Part shown: piece by piece, positions 38,301 through 49,350 of the stretch | Layout of the letters: each line of letters starts with the position of its first letter | Position numbering within the stretch: position 1 is the first letter of the stretch | Made by a program: the position numbers and the translations under genes | Notes under the pieces: model-generated | What the model was told of the DNA's origin: nothing | The model's database searches: none | The model's input: the letters and a program-made list of their open reading frames with translations, nothing else | NCBI GenBank assembly: GCA_965209055.1 | Contig: OZ242374.1 | Span: 1,376,001-1,440,000, forward strand | DNA length: 64,000 nucleotides | Direction of reading: 5' to 3' | From: Acidobacteriota bacterium | GTDB lineage: Bacteria; Acidobacteriota; UBA6911; RPQK01; JAJDTT01

Positions 38301-39293
38301 CTACGGACGGGGGCCCGGCGGCGAACCGGGGGCGTAGTATCCGGGCCGGGTATGGACGACGGCACCGGGAACCGCCGCCCGGATGGTCACGTCGCGCCAG
38401 GAGCCGTCACGGGCGCGATTCGTCGGACGATAAGAGATATAGTATTGATTCTTAAGCTCTTCCGCGACCCTCACATAGACGTCGGAAAGGCTTCCGAAGG
38501 CCTCGCTGTCAAGGACCCGGCCGCCGGTCCGATCCGCCAGCGTACGGAGGAATTTCTTCACCCCGACGATGTATTCGTCCGTCATCTGCCTGGGGATGAG
38601 CCGGCCGCGGCTCTGGAGTTGGATTCGCATGTGCCTGGCGCTTACCCAGTATGCTTCCACCGTGGACGCGACGTAGGTCATGGCCTCCGAGCGGGTCACC
38701 AGGTCCAGGACCTCGTTGGGTGTGACCATGCTGTTGGTGTCGATTCCGTCGGACAGCAGAATGATCGCCTTTCTTCCCGACACGCCGGCCAGGAGATCGT
38801 CGCAGGTGACGTAGAGGGCATCGTTCAGAACAGTCTTTCCCTTAGCGTAGATCTTCAGCATCGCGTTTTCGATGCGCTGGCGGTCGTTGGTCCAATCGAG
38901 GATGAGCTTGGGGAGGTTGCTGAACGTGATGACGGCGATCTGGTCCTCCTCGCCGAGGCTGTCCACAAAGCGGAGAGCCGCCCGCCGGATTTCGCTCTGG
39001 CTTCCCCGGGTGCTTCCGCTGACATCCACCAGCAGCACCACGCGCACGGGCAGCGCCTCGCTGTAGAAGTTCAGGATCTCCTGCCGGACGCCGTCCTCGT
39101 AGACGGAGAACTGGTCGCGGGTCAAACCCCGGAGGAAGCCGCCCTGGGCGGATCGCGCGTTCACCGAAAGGAAGACCTGGTCTACGGCGACACCGATTCG
39201 AAAGCCGGTGTCGGTTTCCTCGGCTTCGGGGGGGACGTCGTCCTGGATGGCGGGCCAGAAAAAACCCCAGATCAACAATGCCAGATGGGCCAC
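38301..39293 (-). CDS. Secreted VWA-domain protein (acidobacterial VWFA type)
   Basis: MIDAS DVSGS, GLTRDQFSVYEDG, KAIILLSDGID, TGG, QYYISYRP...DGSWR and RPGYYA. Confidence 0.85.
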   Translation of the reverse strand: MAHLALLIWGFFWPAIQDDVPPEAEETDTGFRIGVAVDQVFLSVNARSAQGGFLRGLTRDQFSVYEDGVRQEILNFYSEALPVRVVLLVDVSGSTRGSQSEIRRAALRFVDSLGEEDQIAVITFSNLPKLILDWTNDRQRIENAMLKIYAKGKTVLNDALYVTCDDLLAGVSGRKAIILLSDGIDTNSMVTPNEVLDLVTRSEAMTYVASTVEAYWVSARHMRIQLQSRGRLIPRQMTDEYIVGVKKFLRTLADRTGGRVLDSEAFGSLSDVYVRVAEELKNQYYISYRPTNRARDGSWRDVTIRAAVPGAVVHTRPGYYAPGSPPGPRP

Positions 39294-39330
39294 GCGTCCA
39301 TTATAACGGAGGATCGGCGTTGGGTCGGGG

Positions 39331-39786
39331 TCAGGCCAGGGGGGACTTTGTCTTTTCCAGGAGGCGAATCCGGCCGATCTCCAATCCCGGGTCCACGGCC
39401 TTGCACATGTCGTAGAGAGTGAGGGCGGCGACAGCCACCGCCGTCAAGGCCTCCATCTCCACGCCGGTCGCCCAGCGGCAACTGACCCGGCTCCGGATCA
39501 GGAAACCCGACTCGTCCAACTCCACGTCCACGTCCACAAAATCCAGGTTGATGTTGTGGCAGAGCGGAATCAGGCCGCTGGTCCGCTTGGCCGCCTCGAT
39601 CCCGGCCAAGCGGGCGACCTCGAACGGGTTGCCCTTGGGAAGACCGGCTTCGAGTATGGCCCGCCGGGTCTTCTCCGCAATGAGGACCCGTCCCTCGGCC
39701 GCCGCCGTCCTGCGGACCAGTTTCTTGGCGCCGATATCCACCATGCGCGCTTTCCCGGTGGAGTCCACATGAGTCAGCCGCGACAT
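39331..39786 (-). CDS. moaC: Cyclic pyranopterin monophosphate synthase
   Basis: LTHVD...[20 protein letters not shown] and YDMCKAVD. Confidence 0.96.
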   Translation of the reverse strand: MSRLTHVDSTGKARMVDIGAKKLVRRTAAAEGRVLIAEKTRRAILEAGLPKGNPFEVARLAGIEAAKRTSGLIPLCHNINLDFVDVDVELDESGFLIRSRVSCRWATGVEMEALTAVAVAALTLYDMCKAVDPGLEIGRIRLLEKTKSPLA

Positions 39787-39798
39787 TTTCGCCTCCTC

Positions 39799-41037
39799 TC
39801 ATGCCAGCCGGCCACGGCCCGGGTCGGCGTCCAGGAGCAGGACCGAGGCCCGCTCGCCGGCGGCGATCCCGGAGACGTGGGCGGGAATGATCAACAGGGA
39901 ATCGGCCCTCGCAAACCCCGTCAGATCGGCGGACCCTCCCGTCTCGACGGGAGAAACCCGGAGGCCGCCGCTCCATTCCGTGCGGGCCGGCTTGAAGAAG
40001 GTTCGACCCGGCTTCTGGGAAACCGCCTGCGTCAACGTGGCCTCGATCCTGCGCAATGAAACCGATTCGAATCCCATCCACCGGCGAACCAACGGCCTTG
40101 CAAAAAGCTGAAAGGTAACGAACGCCGAAACCGGATTGCCGGGAAGACCGAAGGCCAGCGTCGATCCCCTGCGGCCCACGCAGATCGGTTTTCCCGGTTT
40201 GACGGCGGCCTTGTGGAAAATCAGACTGGCTCCTTCCCGCTCCAGGATCCGGTGAACGAAATCATACTCCCCCATGGACACGCCGCCGGAGAGGAGGAGG
40301 AGGTCGGATTTCAGGCCGGATCCAATGACCTCCGCGAGGCGCTCCGGATCGTCACCCACCGAGACCTCCGATTCGATCTTCAGCCCGAGGCGGCGACAGA
40401 GCGCCGAGATCATGGGGCCGTTGGAATTCCGTATCTGCCCGAACCGGGGCCGGGCTTCGACCGGAACCAACTCGTCCCCGGTGGAGACCACGGTCACGGA
40501 GAGGGGCCGAAAGACTTCCGGTCGGGCCTGGCCGAATGTGGCCAGGACGCCGATCTCGGCGGGACCGATCAATCTTCCTGCTTCCAGAACCACGCTTCCC
40601 CGGGCGACTTCTCTGCCCCGGCTGGCGACGTTGGCTCCCGCCGCCACCGTTTTCAGGATCTCCACGGTGGACCCATCGACCATTCTCGACTCCTCCACCA
40701 TCTGGACCGCATCGGTGTCGCGCGGGACAGGCGCCCCGGTCATGATCCGCACCGTTTCGCCCGGAGCCACGGACGGCAATGAATCCGCTCCGGCCGCCAC
40801 CTCTCCAACCACGTCCAGGCGGGCCGGGACCTTCCTGACGTCGGCGCTGCGGACGGCAAAACCGTCCATGAACGATTTGTCGAACGGGGGAACGTCAGCG
40901 TCCGCATGCACGGGAGCCGCCAGAACTCGATCCAGACACTGCTCCAATGGCAGCTTCACCGTCACCGCGGGCGGACACTGGGCGAGAATTCGCTCCAAGG
41001 CCTCCTCGTAGGGAAGCAAATCGACCATTTCGTTCAC
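39799..41037 (-). CDS. moeA: Molybdopterin molybdenumtransferase
   Basis: PPFDKSFMDGFAV, RIMTGA, STGDEL, SGGVSMG, KPGKP and GLPGNPVS. Confidence 0.95.
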   Translation of the reverse strand: MNEMVDLLPYEEALERILAQCPPAVTVKLPLEQCLDRVLAAPVHADADVPPFDKSFMDGFAVRSADVRKVPARLDVVGEVAAGADSLPSVAPGETVRIMTGAPVPRDTDAVQMVEESRMVDGSTVEILKTVAAGANVASRGREVARGSVVLEAGRLIGPAEIGVLATFGQARPEVFRPLSVTVVSTGDELVPVEARPRFGQIRNSNGPMISALCRRLGLKIESEVSVGDDPERLAEVIGSGLKSDLLLLSGGVSMGEYDFVHRILEREGASLIFHKAAVKPGKPICVGRRGSTLAFGLPGNPVSAFVTFQLFARPLVRRWMGFESVSLRRIEATLTQAVSQKPGRTFFKPARTEWSGGLRVSPVETGGSADLTGFARADSLLIIPAHVSGIAAGERASVLLLDADPGRGRLA

Positions 41038-41066
41038 TCTCCGTCTGCGGTTACGGAACCTGGAGG

Positions 41067-42668
41067 CTACAGCACCACCTGTTCCCGATACTCTCCAAAC
41101 ACCTCTCCCATGGCCTCGGACATTTCTCCGACCGTCGCGCCCGCTTCGACCCCCTCCACGATGGCCGCCATCAGGTTCTCCCGCCCACGGGCCGTTCGGC
41201 TCAGCTTCTCCATGGACCGCCGCCAGCGGTCCCGGTTCCGTCCGGCCCGATGCTGCGACAATTCCATCATCTGCCGCTCTCTCGTCTCCGGGTCCACCCT
41301 CAACAACTCGATGTCCACCGGATCTTCATCCTGAAATCGATTGACGCCCACGACCACCCGCTCCCCCGACTCCAGGGTTCTTTGGAGACGATGAGCCGAG
41401 TCCTGGATCTCTCTTTGGATGAAACCGCTCTCGATGGCCGGCACCATCCCTCCCATGGACCGAATGCGCTCCAGATAACTCTCCGACTCCTCCTCCAGAC
41501 GGTTTGTGAGCTTCTCCAGATACCAACTTCCGCCGAGCGGGTCGACCGCCTCCGTCAGTCCCGATTCGTGGGCCAGAATCTGCTGGGTCCGGAGCGCCAG
41601 CTCGGCGGCGGCTTCCGTCGGAAGAGACATGGCCTCGTCTTTCCCGTTGGTGTGAAGCGACTGGGTGCCTCCCAGAACCGAGGCCAATGCCTGCACGGTG
41701 GTTCGGACCACGTTGTTGTCCGGCTGCTGCGCCGTCAGCGTGCTTCCGCCGGTCTGGGTGTGAAAACGCATCATGCAGGACTTGGGATTCCGGGCGCCCC
41801 AGCGTTCCTTGACGCAACGGGCCCAGAGCCGGCGCGCCGCGCGGAACTTGGCCACCTCCTCGAAGAGGTCGTTGTGGGCAGCGAAAAAGAAGGAGAGCCG
41901 GGGGGCGAAATCATCGATGTGGAGTCCCGCCTTCAAGACCGATTCGACGTAGGTTTCGGCATTGGCCAGCGTGAAGCCGATCTCCTGAGCGGCCGTAGAC
42001 CCGGCCTCCCGGATATGGTAGCCGCTGATGGAAATAGGGTTCCATCCGGGTGCCGCCTCATGGCAGAACGCCACCAGGTCGGTCACCAGCCGGAGGGACG
42101 CTTCCACCGGATAGAGATAAGTGCCGCGTGCAATGTATTCCTTGAGAATATCGTTCTGGACCGTGCCCCGTACCGCCCCCCAGGAGGTTCCTTGCCGGCG
42201 GGCCTGAACCAGATAGAGCGCCAGCAGAATCGGCGCGGTGGCGTTGATGGTCATGGAGGTGGAAACCCTGCCCAGGTCGATTTCACGAAATAGGGTTTCC
42301 ATGTCCCACAGGCCGTCAATGGCAACACCGGCGCGGCCCACCTCTCCCTCCGCCAGGGGATGGTCCGAATCCAAGCCCAACTGAGTCGGCAGGTCGAACG
42401 CGACGGACAGGCCCCGGTTTCCCTGAGAGAGGAGGTAGCGGTATCGGCGATTGGACTCCCGAGCGGTGGCGTAACCCGAATACTGGCGGATCGTCCAGTG
42501 CCGGTCACGATACATGCCCGGATAAGCGCCGCGAGTGAATGGATAGCCGCCCGGTTCCCCCAGATCCGAAATCTCGTCGAACTCCGGCATGTCGCGAGGC
42601 CCGTGGCATGCCTTCCCGGGCTCGCCGGAGCCGTCGCCGGAACTCAATTTGGTGGCATCCTTCCTCAC
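41067..42668 (-). CDS. Methylmalonyl-CoA mutase, substrate-binding (large) subunit of a split enzyme
   Basis: [43 protein letters not shown] and VGVNRF. No DxHxxG B12-binding domain. Start uncertain. Confidence 0.9.
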   Translation of the reverse strand: MRKDATKLSSGDGSGEPGKACHGPRDMPEFDEISDLGEPGGYPFTRGAYPGMYRDRHWTIRQYSGYATARESNRRYRYLLSQGNRGLSVAFDLPTQLGLDSDHPLAEGEVGRAGVAIDGLWDMETLFREIDLGRVSTSMTINATAPILLALYLVQARRQGTSWGAVRGTVQNDILKEYIARGTYLYPVEASLRLVTDLVAFCHEAAPGWNPISISGYHIREAGSTAAQEIGFTLANAETYVESVLKAGLHIDDFAPRLSFFFAAHNDLFEEVAKFRAARRLWARCVKERWGARNPKSCMMRFHTQTGGSTLTAQQPDNNVVRTTVQALASVLGGTQSLHTNGKDEAMSLPTEAAAELALRTQQILAHESGLTEAVDPLGGSWYLEKLTNRLEEESESYLERIRSMGGMVPAIESGFIQREIQDSAHRLQRTLESGERVVVGVNRFQDEDPVDIELLRVDPETRERQMMELSQHRAGRNRDRWRRSMEKLSRTARGRENLMAAIVEGVEAGATVGEMSEAMGEVFGEYREQVVL

Positions 42669-42782
42669 TTTACAAGCCCCTCGCGTTTGATATCATGGGC
42701 TCAATCCAAGGCCAGCAAGCCGCAAGGCCATGGCCTTGCTCGATTTCGGCTGGATGTTAGCAACGGGAAGAGTGGAACTCAA

Positions 42783-43046
42783 ATGCGAGACGGGCAGTTG
42801 AAGGACTACAAGAAGAAACTCGAGTCGGCCATCAACGACGCCCTCGTCAACTCCCCCCAGATCAACGCCGCCATTCAAGGCATTCGAGAACACGGATACG
42901 ATGTCTTCCTCATCATCGAAGCCACCATCGGCTTCAATGCCCGGGGGAGCGGAGCGGCGCCAGCCAAGAAACTGTCAGCGGTAAGGCTTCAGTTGACGGG
43001 TCAGGACGAGAAGTTTCTGCGTTCGCTGAAGATCAGCCCCGAGTAG
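42783..43046 (+). CDS. Small hypothetical protein (87 aa)
   Basis: MRDGQLKDYKKKLESAIND...GYDVFLIIEATIGFN...DEKFLRSLKISPE. Protein-like composition and good codon usage, directly upstream of mnmG. Confidence 0.75.
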   Translation: MRDGQLKDYKKKLESAINDALVNSPQINAAIQGIREHGYDVFLIIEATIGFNARGSGAAPAKKLSAVRLQLTGQDEKFLRSLKISPE

Positions 43047-43112
43047 CACACCCTTTCTGTCCGGGTCCATTTTGGGAGCCTCCGGACACGAAGGGGCTAC
43101 ATTCCCCACCAT

Positions 43113-45017
43113 ATGCCCGATCTCTCCGTCGACGTCATTGTCATTGGGGGCGGCCACGCGGGTTGCGAGGCGGCGTCAGCCGCGGCCCGAATGGGGGCCA
43201 ATACCGCCCTGGTCACCATAAACCGGGAAATGATTGCCCAGATGTCATGCAACCCGTCGGTCGGGGGCATCGGCAAGGGACACCTGGTGCGGGAGATCGA
43301 TGCCCTGGGAGGCCTCATCGGCCAAGTGGGGGATTCCAACGGAATCCATTTCCGGCTGCTCAATCGGAGTCGCGGCCCTGCCGTCCAAGCCCCTCGCGCC
43401 CAGTGCGACAAGAAGCTCTACCGGCATGAGATGCAGCACCGGCTGCGTTATCAGGACAACCTGACGGTCGTCCAGGCCGAGGCCACCGCCCTGCTGCGGC
43501 GTGGGAACCGGATCGCCGGTATCGAAACCGCTGCCGGCGACCGGATCGACGCGGCCTGCGTCGTCTTGACCACCGGCACCTTCCTGAACGGCCTCTGCCA
43601 TTTGGGGCAAAAGAAGTTCCGCGCCGGCCGTTCGGGCGAAAAGGCTTCGGTGCAGCTCGCCCGGTCGTTGAAATCCATCGGTTTTCGCCTCGGACGCCTG
43701 AAGACCGGAACGCCGCCGCGGCTCGAAAGGAAGAGCATCGACGTCTCGCGTTTCGAAGTCCAGTCGAGCGATCCGGACCCCACCCTGTTCTCATTCCAAA
43801 GCCCTGGGCCGAGACTGCCCCAGGTCGACTGTTGGCTCACGCTCACCAACAATCGCGTCCACCAGGTGATTCGCAACAATCTGCACCGCAGTCCTCTCTA
43901 CAGCGGAGACATCGTGGGTCTCGGACCCCGCTACTGCCCCTCCATCGAGGACAAGGTGGTGAAGTTTCCGCACCACGACCGCCATCAACTCTTTCTGGAA
44001 CCGGAAGGGCTCGATTCCGAACTCATATACGTCAGCGGCCTCTCCACCAGCCTTCCGGTGGACGTGCAGGAAGAGATCCTGGCCCAGATCGACGGCTTGG
44101 AAGACGCGACCATGATCCGGCCGGGCTATGCGGTCGAGTACGACTACGTTCAACCGTCGGAGCTGCGGCCCTCGCTGGAGACCAAGAAGGTCGAGGGGTT
44201 GTTTCATGCCGGCCAGATCAATGGAACCACGGGCTACGAGGAGGCCGCCGGCCAGGGAATCCTCGCCGGCATCAATGCGGCCCTCAAGGCCGCGGGAGGC
44301 GAGCCCTTCGTGCCCAGCCGCAGCGAGAGCTATCTGGGCATTCTGGTGGACGACCTGGTCACCAAGGATGTCGACGAGCCGTACCGGATGTTCACGTCCC
44401 GAGCCGAGTGCCGCCTGCTGCTCAGGATCGACAATGCCGACCGGCGACTCATGCCCCACGGCCACAGGCTGGGACTGGTGTCGTCGACACTCTTCGACAA
44501 ATTCCGGGACAAATGGCGGCGGATCGACGATGCCATCGATTTCTTGCGGAAAACCCGCCTGAAGAAAGCGTCCCGCCTGCTGGAGGAGCTGAGGGTTCGT
44601 ACCGGCGCTCCCCGCGGCGCCTGCCTGGACCGCCTGCTCAAGCGGCCAGAGGTCGACATTCGTGACATGACTCCCATTTTGAGGGCCCACGGGCATCACC
44701 TGAGCCGTGAAGAGGGGCAGGTGGTCCAAACACAGGTCCGGTACGAAGGCTATATCCGCCTGCAGATGGAGGATGTCCGGCGGCTGAAGAACATGGAGGG
44801 CAGAATCATCCCTGCCCAACTCGACTTCGGCCGCGTCAACGGGCTTTCCCTGGAAATGAAGGAGCGTCTGGAGCGGGTTCGCCCCACCAGCCTGGGTCAG
44901 GCGTCTCGGATTCCCGGTATAACTCCCGCCGCTCTGTCGATGCTGAGCATTCACCTGGAAGTGAGAAAGAGGTCTTCGGCACGGCAGCCGGTCACTGCAA
45001 CGACCTCCCAAGCATGA
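43113..45017 (+). CDS. mnmG: tRNA uridine-5-carboxymethylaminomethyl modification enzyme
   Basis: [41 protein letters not shown] and [11 protein letters not shown]. Confidence 0.97.
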   Translation: MPDLSVDVIVIGGGHAGCEAASAAARMGANTALVTINREMIAQMSCNPSVGGIGKGHLVREIDALGGLIGQVGDSNGIHFRLLNRSRGPAVQAPRAQCDKKLYRHEMQHRLRYQDNLTVVQAEATALLRRGNRIAGIETAAGDRIDAACVVLTTGTFLNGLCHLGQKKFRAGRSGEKASVQLARSLKSIGFRLGRLKTGTPPRLERKSIDVSRFEVQSSDPDPTLFSFQSPGPRLPQVDCWLTLTNNRVHQVIRNNLHRSPLYSGDIVGLGPRYCPSIEDKVVKFPHHDRHQLFLEPEGLDSELIYVSGLSTSLPVDVQEEILAQIDGLEDATMIRPGYAVEYDYVQPSELRPSLETKKVEGLFHAGQINGTTGYEEAAGQGILAGINAALKAAGGEPFVPSRSESYLGILVDDLVTKDVDEPYRMFTSRAECRLLLRIDNADRRLMPHGHRLGLVSSTLFDKFRDKWRRIDDAIDFLRKTRLKKASRLLEELRVRTGAPRGACLDRLLKRPEVDIRDMTPILRAHGHHLSREEGQVVQTQVRYEGYIRLQMEDVRRLKNMEGRIIPAQLDFGRVNGLSLEMKERLERVRPTSLGQASRIPGITPAALSMLSIHLEVRKRSSARQPVTATTSQA

Positions 45018-45607
45018 CACGCTTCTCGAAATGCGTCTCTTCGCTTGAAACCCTCTTCGGCCTGACCCTCGACCAAGCGCAGCGAAACGGCGTTCGGACC
45101 TATCTCCGATTGCTGGCCAAATGGGACTCGCGGGTAAACCTGACCCGCGTCGCCCGAACGGACGACAGGCTGCGATTTCATTTCTTCGAGTCGTTCTGGC
45201 TCGCTCAGCAGTTTCTGGAGCCGTGCCACACAATAGCGGACGTCGGCAGCGGAGCGGGGTTCCCGGGACTGGCCATGCAACTCTATCGCCCCAGCCTCTC
45301 CGTGACCCTGATCGAAAGAAGCTTCAAGAAGACCGTCTTTCTGAAGGAAGTCGCCCGGGCTCTTTCCCTTGGGGCACGGATCGTTCACGGAGAGGCCGAA
45401 ACCGTCGCCGATTGGAAGGGCATCCAACTGGTCACGATCCGTGGCCTCAAACCGTCACCCGGATTGACCGAAACCCTGGCCGATCGCCGAATCCCGTTGC
45501 TGGCGCTCCATGGCGAGAAGCTCAGCGAACCCTTGAAGGGACGCCGCTGGGTCCGGCGCGAACGGGTTCCGGGCTCGCACCGACGTTATGCGACGCTCTT
45601 CGGGTGA
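45014..45607 (+). CDS. rsmG: 16S rRNA m7G527 methyltransferase
   Basis: KW...NLT, HFFES and [10 protein letters not shown]. Follows mnmG. Confidence 0.9.
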   Translation: MTRFSKCVSSLETLFGLTLDQAQRNGVRTYLRLLAKWDSRVNLTRVARTDDRLRFHFFESFWLAQQFLEPCHTIADVGSGAGFPGLAMQLYRPSLSVTLIERSFKKTVFLKEVARALSLGARIVHGEAETVADWKGIQLVTIRGLKPSPGLTETLADRRIPLLALHGEKLSEPLKGRRWVRRERVPGSHRRYATLFG

Positions 45608-45629
45608 GTCGCGCTGAGAATTGCGCGGT

Positions 45630-45645
45630 TGTTTCACGTGAAACA
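45630..45645. promoter_or_regulatory. parS centromere site
   Basis: Perfect 16-bp palindrome TGTTTCACGTGAAACA, the canonical parS, immediately upstream of parA. Confidence 0.93.
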
Positions 45646-45755
45646 TTGCTGCCCCCGGTTCCACGGGCGTGTCCCCTGAACCGGGACAACCGGGCGGCAA
45701 AGCCCCCGGATCTTTCACCGCCTACTGTTACTATTTCCGCATCCGGAACCGAAAA

Positions 45756-46556
45756 ATGACGAGAACCATCGCCATTGCCAACCAGAAGGGTGGTGTCGGC
45801 AAGACCACCACCGCAATCAACCTGGCAGCCTCGCTCGCTCTCGGTACGTGGCGGGTCCTCCTGGTTGACCTGGACCCCCAGGGAAACGCCACCTCCGGAT
45901 TGGGAATCGACAAGAACGAAGACGCCCCCTTCATCTATGACATCCTTGCGGGCGCCGCGGATCCTATTTCGGCTCTCAGGCAGACCGAGGTGGAGAGCTT
46001 GCACCTCCTGCCCGCCAACCGCGCCCTCGTGGGGGCCACGGTGGAACTGCTCGACGCGCCGGACCGGGAATGGCTGCTCGGCCGCGCTTTGGCGCCGATT
46101 CGCGACCACTACGACTTCATCCTGATTGACTGTCCGCCGTCGCTGGGAATCCTCACGCTGAACGGATTGGTGGCTGCCGACGCGGTCCTCATTCCGATCC
46201 AGGCCGAGTACCTGGCCCTGGAGGGACTGACGGATCTGATGGAGACCATCCGGCGGATCCGGGAGGGTTACAACTCCAGCCTGTTGCTGGAAGGCATACT
46301 CCTGACCATGTACGACGAACGGCTCATCCTTTCCGCCCAGATACGCGCCGATGTCTGTTCCCACCTGGGCTCGTGGGTTTTTGACACCTTCATTCCCCGC
46401 AACGTGCGCCTGGCCGAATGCGCCAGCTTCGGTCAACCCATCCTTCTCTATGACGCCCGGTGCAAAGGCGCCATCAGCTATCGGAATCTCGCCCGGGAAT
46501 TGCTCGAACGCTACAAGGTGGGGCTGTCTCCGCTACCGCATGAGGTCAATGGATGA
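45756..46556 (+). CDS. parA: Chromosome partitioning ATPase ParA/Soj
   Basis: NQKGGVGKTT, DLDPQGN, IDCPPSLG and IPRNVRLAE. Confidence 0.95.
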   Translation: MTRTIAIANQKGGVGKTTTAINLAASLALGTWRVLLVDLDPQGNATSGLGIDKNEDAPFIYDILAGAADPISALRQTEVESLHLLPANRALVGATVELLDAPDREWLLGRALAPIRDHYDFILIDCPPSLGILTLNGLVAADAVLIPIQAEYLALEGLTDLMETIRRIREGYNSSLLLEGILLTMYDERLILSAQIRADVCSHLGSWVFDTFIPRNVRLAECASFGQPILLYDARCKGAISYRNLARELLERYKVGLSPLPHEVNG

Positions 46557-47380
46557 TGCGAAAAGTTCTTGGACGCGGACTGGACGCCCTGCTGCCCAAA
46601 ACGGAAACCAGCTCCTATTTTCTCCAGATCGAGCTGGATCGGATTCGGCCCAATCCTTTCCAGCCCAGAATCCACATGGACCGCGCCAAACTACAGGAGC
46701 TGGCCGATTCGATCACCGAAAACGGCGTTCTACAACCCATCGTCGTCCGGTCCCGGCCAGAGGGTTACGAAATCGTCGCCGGAGAACGACGCTGGAAGGC
46801 GGCTCAACAGGCCGGTCTTCCTCGGATCCCTGCCGTCGTTCAGGATCTTTCCGACCAAAGAATGGTGGAAGTCGCCGTCGTCGAGAATATTCAGCGGGAC
46901 GAATTGAGTCCCATCGAGGAAGCGCACGCGTACCACATCCTGATCGAAGATTTTCAGCTCACCCAGGAACAGGTGTCTCAACGCGTCGGCCGCAGCCGCG
47001 CGGCCGTAGCCAACACTCTTCGCCTGCTGCGGCTTCCCAAAGCAGTTCAGGAATCCCTATTGGGCGGCAGGATCAGCATGGGACACGCCCGGGCGCTGAT
47101 TCCCCTGACTCAGGCACAGCAATTGAAGTTGGCCCGCCAAATCGTGTCGGAGGACCTCTCGGTCCGGCAGGTGGAGCGCCGCGTCCGGGCCCTGCGACTT
47201 CCACCCTCGCGGCCGTCCGCCCTTGACCCCAACGTCAAGGCCGCCCAACAGAGGCTGCAACGACGTTGGAAGACGAGGGTTCAGATCCGCAGCCGGGGCT
47301 CAAAGGGCCGGATCGTCTTCTACTTCAATTCCCATGACGAACTGGATCGTCTGTACGAGAACCTCATGAAGGAGGAGTGA
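46553..47380 (+). CDS. parB: Chromosome partitioning protein ParB/Spo0J
   Basis: LGRGLDALL, NPFQPR, GERRWKA, ENIQR and HTH SRAAVANTLRLL. Confidence 0.95.
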   Translation: MMRKVLGRGLDALLPKTETSSYFLQIELDRIRPNPFQPRIHMDRAKLQELADSITENGVLQPIVVRSRPEGYEIVAGERRWKAAQQAGLPRIPAVVQDLSDQRMVEVAVVENIQRDELSPIEEAHAYHILIEDFQLTQEQVSQRVGRSRAAVANTLRLLRLPKAVQESLLGGRISMGHARALIPLTQAQQLKLARQIVSEDLSVRQVERRVRALRLPPSRPSALDPNVKAAQQRLQRRWKTRVQIRSRGSKGRIVFYFNSHDELDRLYENLMKEE

Positions 47381-47393
47381 GCCCTCCCTCTCG

Positions 47394-48821
47394 CTATTTC
47401 CCAATGCAGAATGTGCTGAAGATCTGTCCCAGCAGGTCCTCCACTGTCGTCTCGCCCGTCACAGCGTCCAGTTCGGACAGGGCGCCCCGCAGATGGTAGA
47501 GCGGAAACTCTTCGCTCAGACCGTCCCGATAGCCTTTCATTCCCTCGCAGAGCCGCAGCCGGGCACGCTGCAAACACTCTTTGTGCCGGAGCTCGGTGAT
47601 CACGACGCGTTCCCGCTCCCAGTCGCTCTCGGGCGCCACGGCCGTCCGGATCGCCCGCCTGAGGGCGTCCAGCCCCTCCCCCGTCAGGGCGGAAACGTCC
47701 GACCTGCAGCGTGCGCCCGACTCCAATTCCGATGGAATTCGAACCACCGCCTCCAGGTCCACCTTGTTCACCACCAACAGATAGGGCGTCTCCTTGAGCT
47801 CCGTCCAGATTCTGGCGTCCTCCGCCGAGAAGCCTCTGCTGCGATCGACCACGAACAAAGTCAAGTCCGACGCGCCGACGTAGTCCAATGATTTTCGGAC
47901 ACCGAGCCGCTCCACCGGGCTTCGCGCTGTTCGGATTCCTGCCGTATCCACCAACTGCATCGGGATGCCCTCCAGATCCACCGTTTGGTCGATGGCGTCT
48001 CTGGTGGTCCCGGGGAGAGTGCTCACAATAGCTCGGTCATATCTACATAAAGCATTGAATATACTGGACTTACCAGCGTTCGGACGGCCGACGATCGTGG
48101 CTGTGAATCCATCCCGGAGTACCCGCCCCACTCGAAATGTCTCCTCCAGGCGGCCGATGCGGCCGACGATCCGCCGCAAGTCCCGAAGCAAATCCTCCCG
48201 GCTGTCGGGTTCCACGGGATCTTCAACGAATTCCAATCCGGTTTCCATGTGGGAGATGATCCGCACCAGGCGTTCCTTCGCCGACCGGAGCAACCGCGAC
48301 AACTTGCCATCCAGTTGGTCCCGTGCCACGCGCGCCTGGTGGACCGTCTGGCTTCGGATCAGATCGCGAACCGCCTCCGCCTGGACCAGATCCATCTTCC
48401 CATTGAGAAACGCACGCAGCGTAAACTCTCCCGGTTCAGCCAGCCGGGCGCCCGCTTCTAGAAGACCACTCACGATCTGCGCCTCCACCGCCGGACTTCC
48501 ATGACAGGAAATCTCCACGACATCCTCCCCGGTATACGAGGCCGGAGCCGCGAAAAACGTCACCAGCACCTGGTCGATTCGCTTCCCGTCCCGGTCCAGA
48601 AAGTCGGTCAACGATGAATGCCGGGGTCTCCATGGCCGGTGCAGCGAGGGAGAAAGCCGCCGGCCCACCAGGTTGCGGCTGGCCGGACCGCTGACGCGAA
48701 TCAACTTGATGGCGCCGCGCCCCGGGGGTGTGGCCGCCGCAACTATGGTTTCACTGTACGGTTCGGTGGCGTCAGGAAGTGGCGTAGATGATGACGCGCC
48801 GATTGGGTCCCGTGCCTTCAC
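47394..48821 (-). CDS. mnmE: tRNA modification GTPase
   Basis: SYTGEDVVE, GEFTLRAFLNGK, GRPNAGKSS, GTTRD, DTAG, NKVD and C-terminal FCIGK. Start uncertain. Confidence 0.96.
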   Translation of the reverse strand: MKARDPIGASSSTPLPDATEPYSETIVAAATPPGRGAIKLIRVSGPASRNLVGRRLSPSLHRPWRPRHSSLTDFLDRDGKRIDQVLVTFFAAPASYTGEDVVEISCHGSPAVEAQIVSGLLEAGARLAEPGEFTLRAFLNGKMDLVQAEAVRDLIRSQTVHQARVARDQLDGKLSRLLRSAKERLVRIISHMETGLEFVEDPVEPDSREDLLRDLRRIVGRIGRLEETFRVGRVLRDGFTATIVGRPNAGKSSIFNALCRYDRAIVSTLPGTTRDAIDQTVDLEGIPMQLVDTAGIRTARSPVERLGVRKSLDYVGASDLTLFVVDRSRGFSAEDARIWTELKETPYLLVVNKVDLEAVVRIPSELESGARCRSDVSALTGEGLDALRRAIRTAVAPESDWERERVVITELRHKECLQRARLRLCEGMKGYRDGLSEEFPLYHLRGALSELDAVTGETTVEDLLGQIFSTFCIGK

Positions 48822-49350
48822 TTTCAGTCCGAACTCCGGGCTCGTCGGCCAAGCTCAAATGGATGATTCTCCGCTCGGCCGCCGGCAGAGACTGGAGGAC
48901 GAACTCCCGGCCGGTGAGCCGCACCTGCTCGGCGGCATGACCCGCCAGCAGCCTCAACTCCCCGTCCCGATCCGTGCGATAACCATCGCAATCGACCCAG
49001 AAGTTACAGCCTGTCAAAGACTTACGGTAGTAGATCTGGTTCAGCAGGTGGTTCACCGCATAGAGGAAACGGGCATTGTTGGCAAGAACCAACTCGCTGT
49101 CGTGTCCGCTGAGGCGAAAACTGATCAGGTCGTCATCGAGACTCGATTCGAAGGAGAGTTCCAGGTCCATCCTCTTCAACAAGTTGGTCAGAAACATCTC
49201 CGAGCTGGCCAGGATCTCGCCGTTGTCAACCTTCGGCTGAACCTTCCAGGGCCGGTCCGGTCCGCGGCGCCCTCGCGGACGGCGCCAGTGCTCCCGGCGA
49301 CGCCCGGACTGGCCTCCGGACGGAGGTCTCCAGGACCGGGACTCCATCAC
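48772..49350 (-). CDS. jag: Jag/KhpB-like RNA-binding protein (KH + R3H)
   Basis: DCDGYR, ERRIIH (R3H) and TESEGTGPNRRV. Lies between yidC and mnmE. Confidence 0.85.
   Translation of the reverse strand: MMESRSWRPPSGGQSGRRREHWRRPRGRRGPDRPWKVQPKVDNGEILASSEMFLTNLLKRMDLELSFESSLDDDLISFRLSGHDSELVLANNARFLYAVNHLLNQIYYRKSLTGCNFWVDCDGYRTDRDGELRLLAGHAAEQVRLTGREFVLQSLPAAERRIIHLSLADEPGVRTESEGTGPNRRVIIYATS

Noticed and set aside
48035-48066. dif site in mnmE
   Set aside because: TTATGTAGATA only loosely resembles the XerD arm, there is no XerC arm, and the location is inside an origin-type gene.
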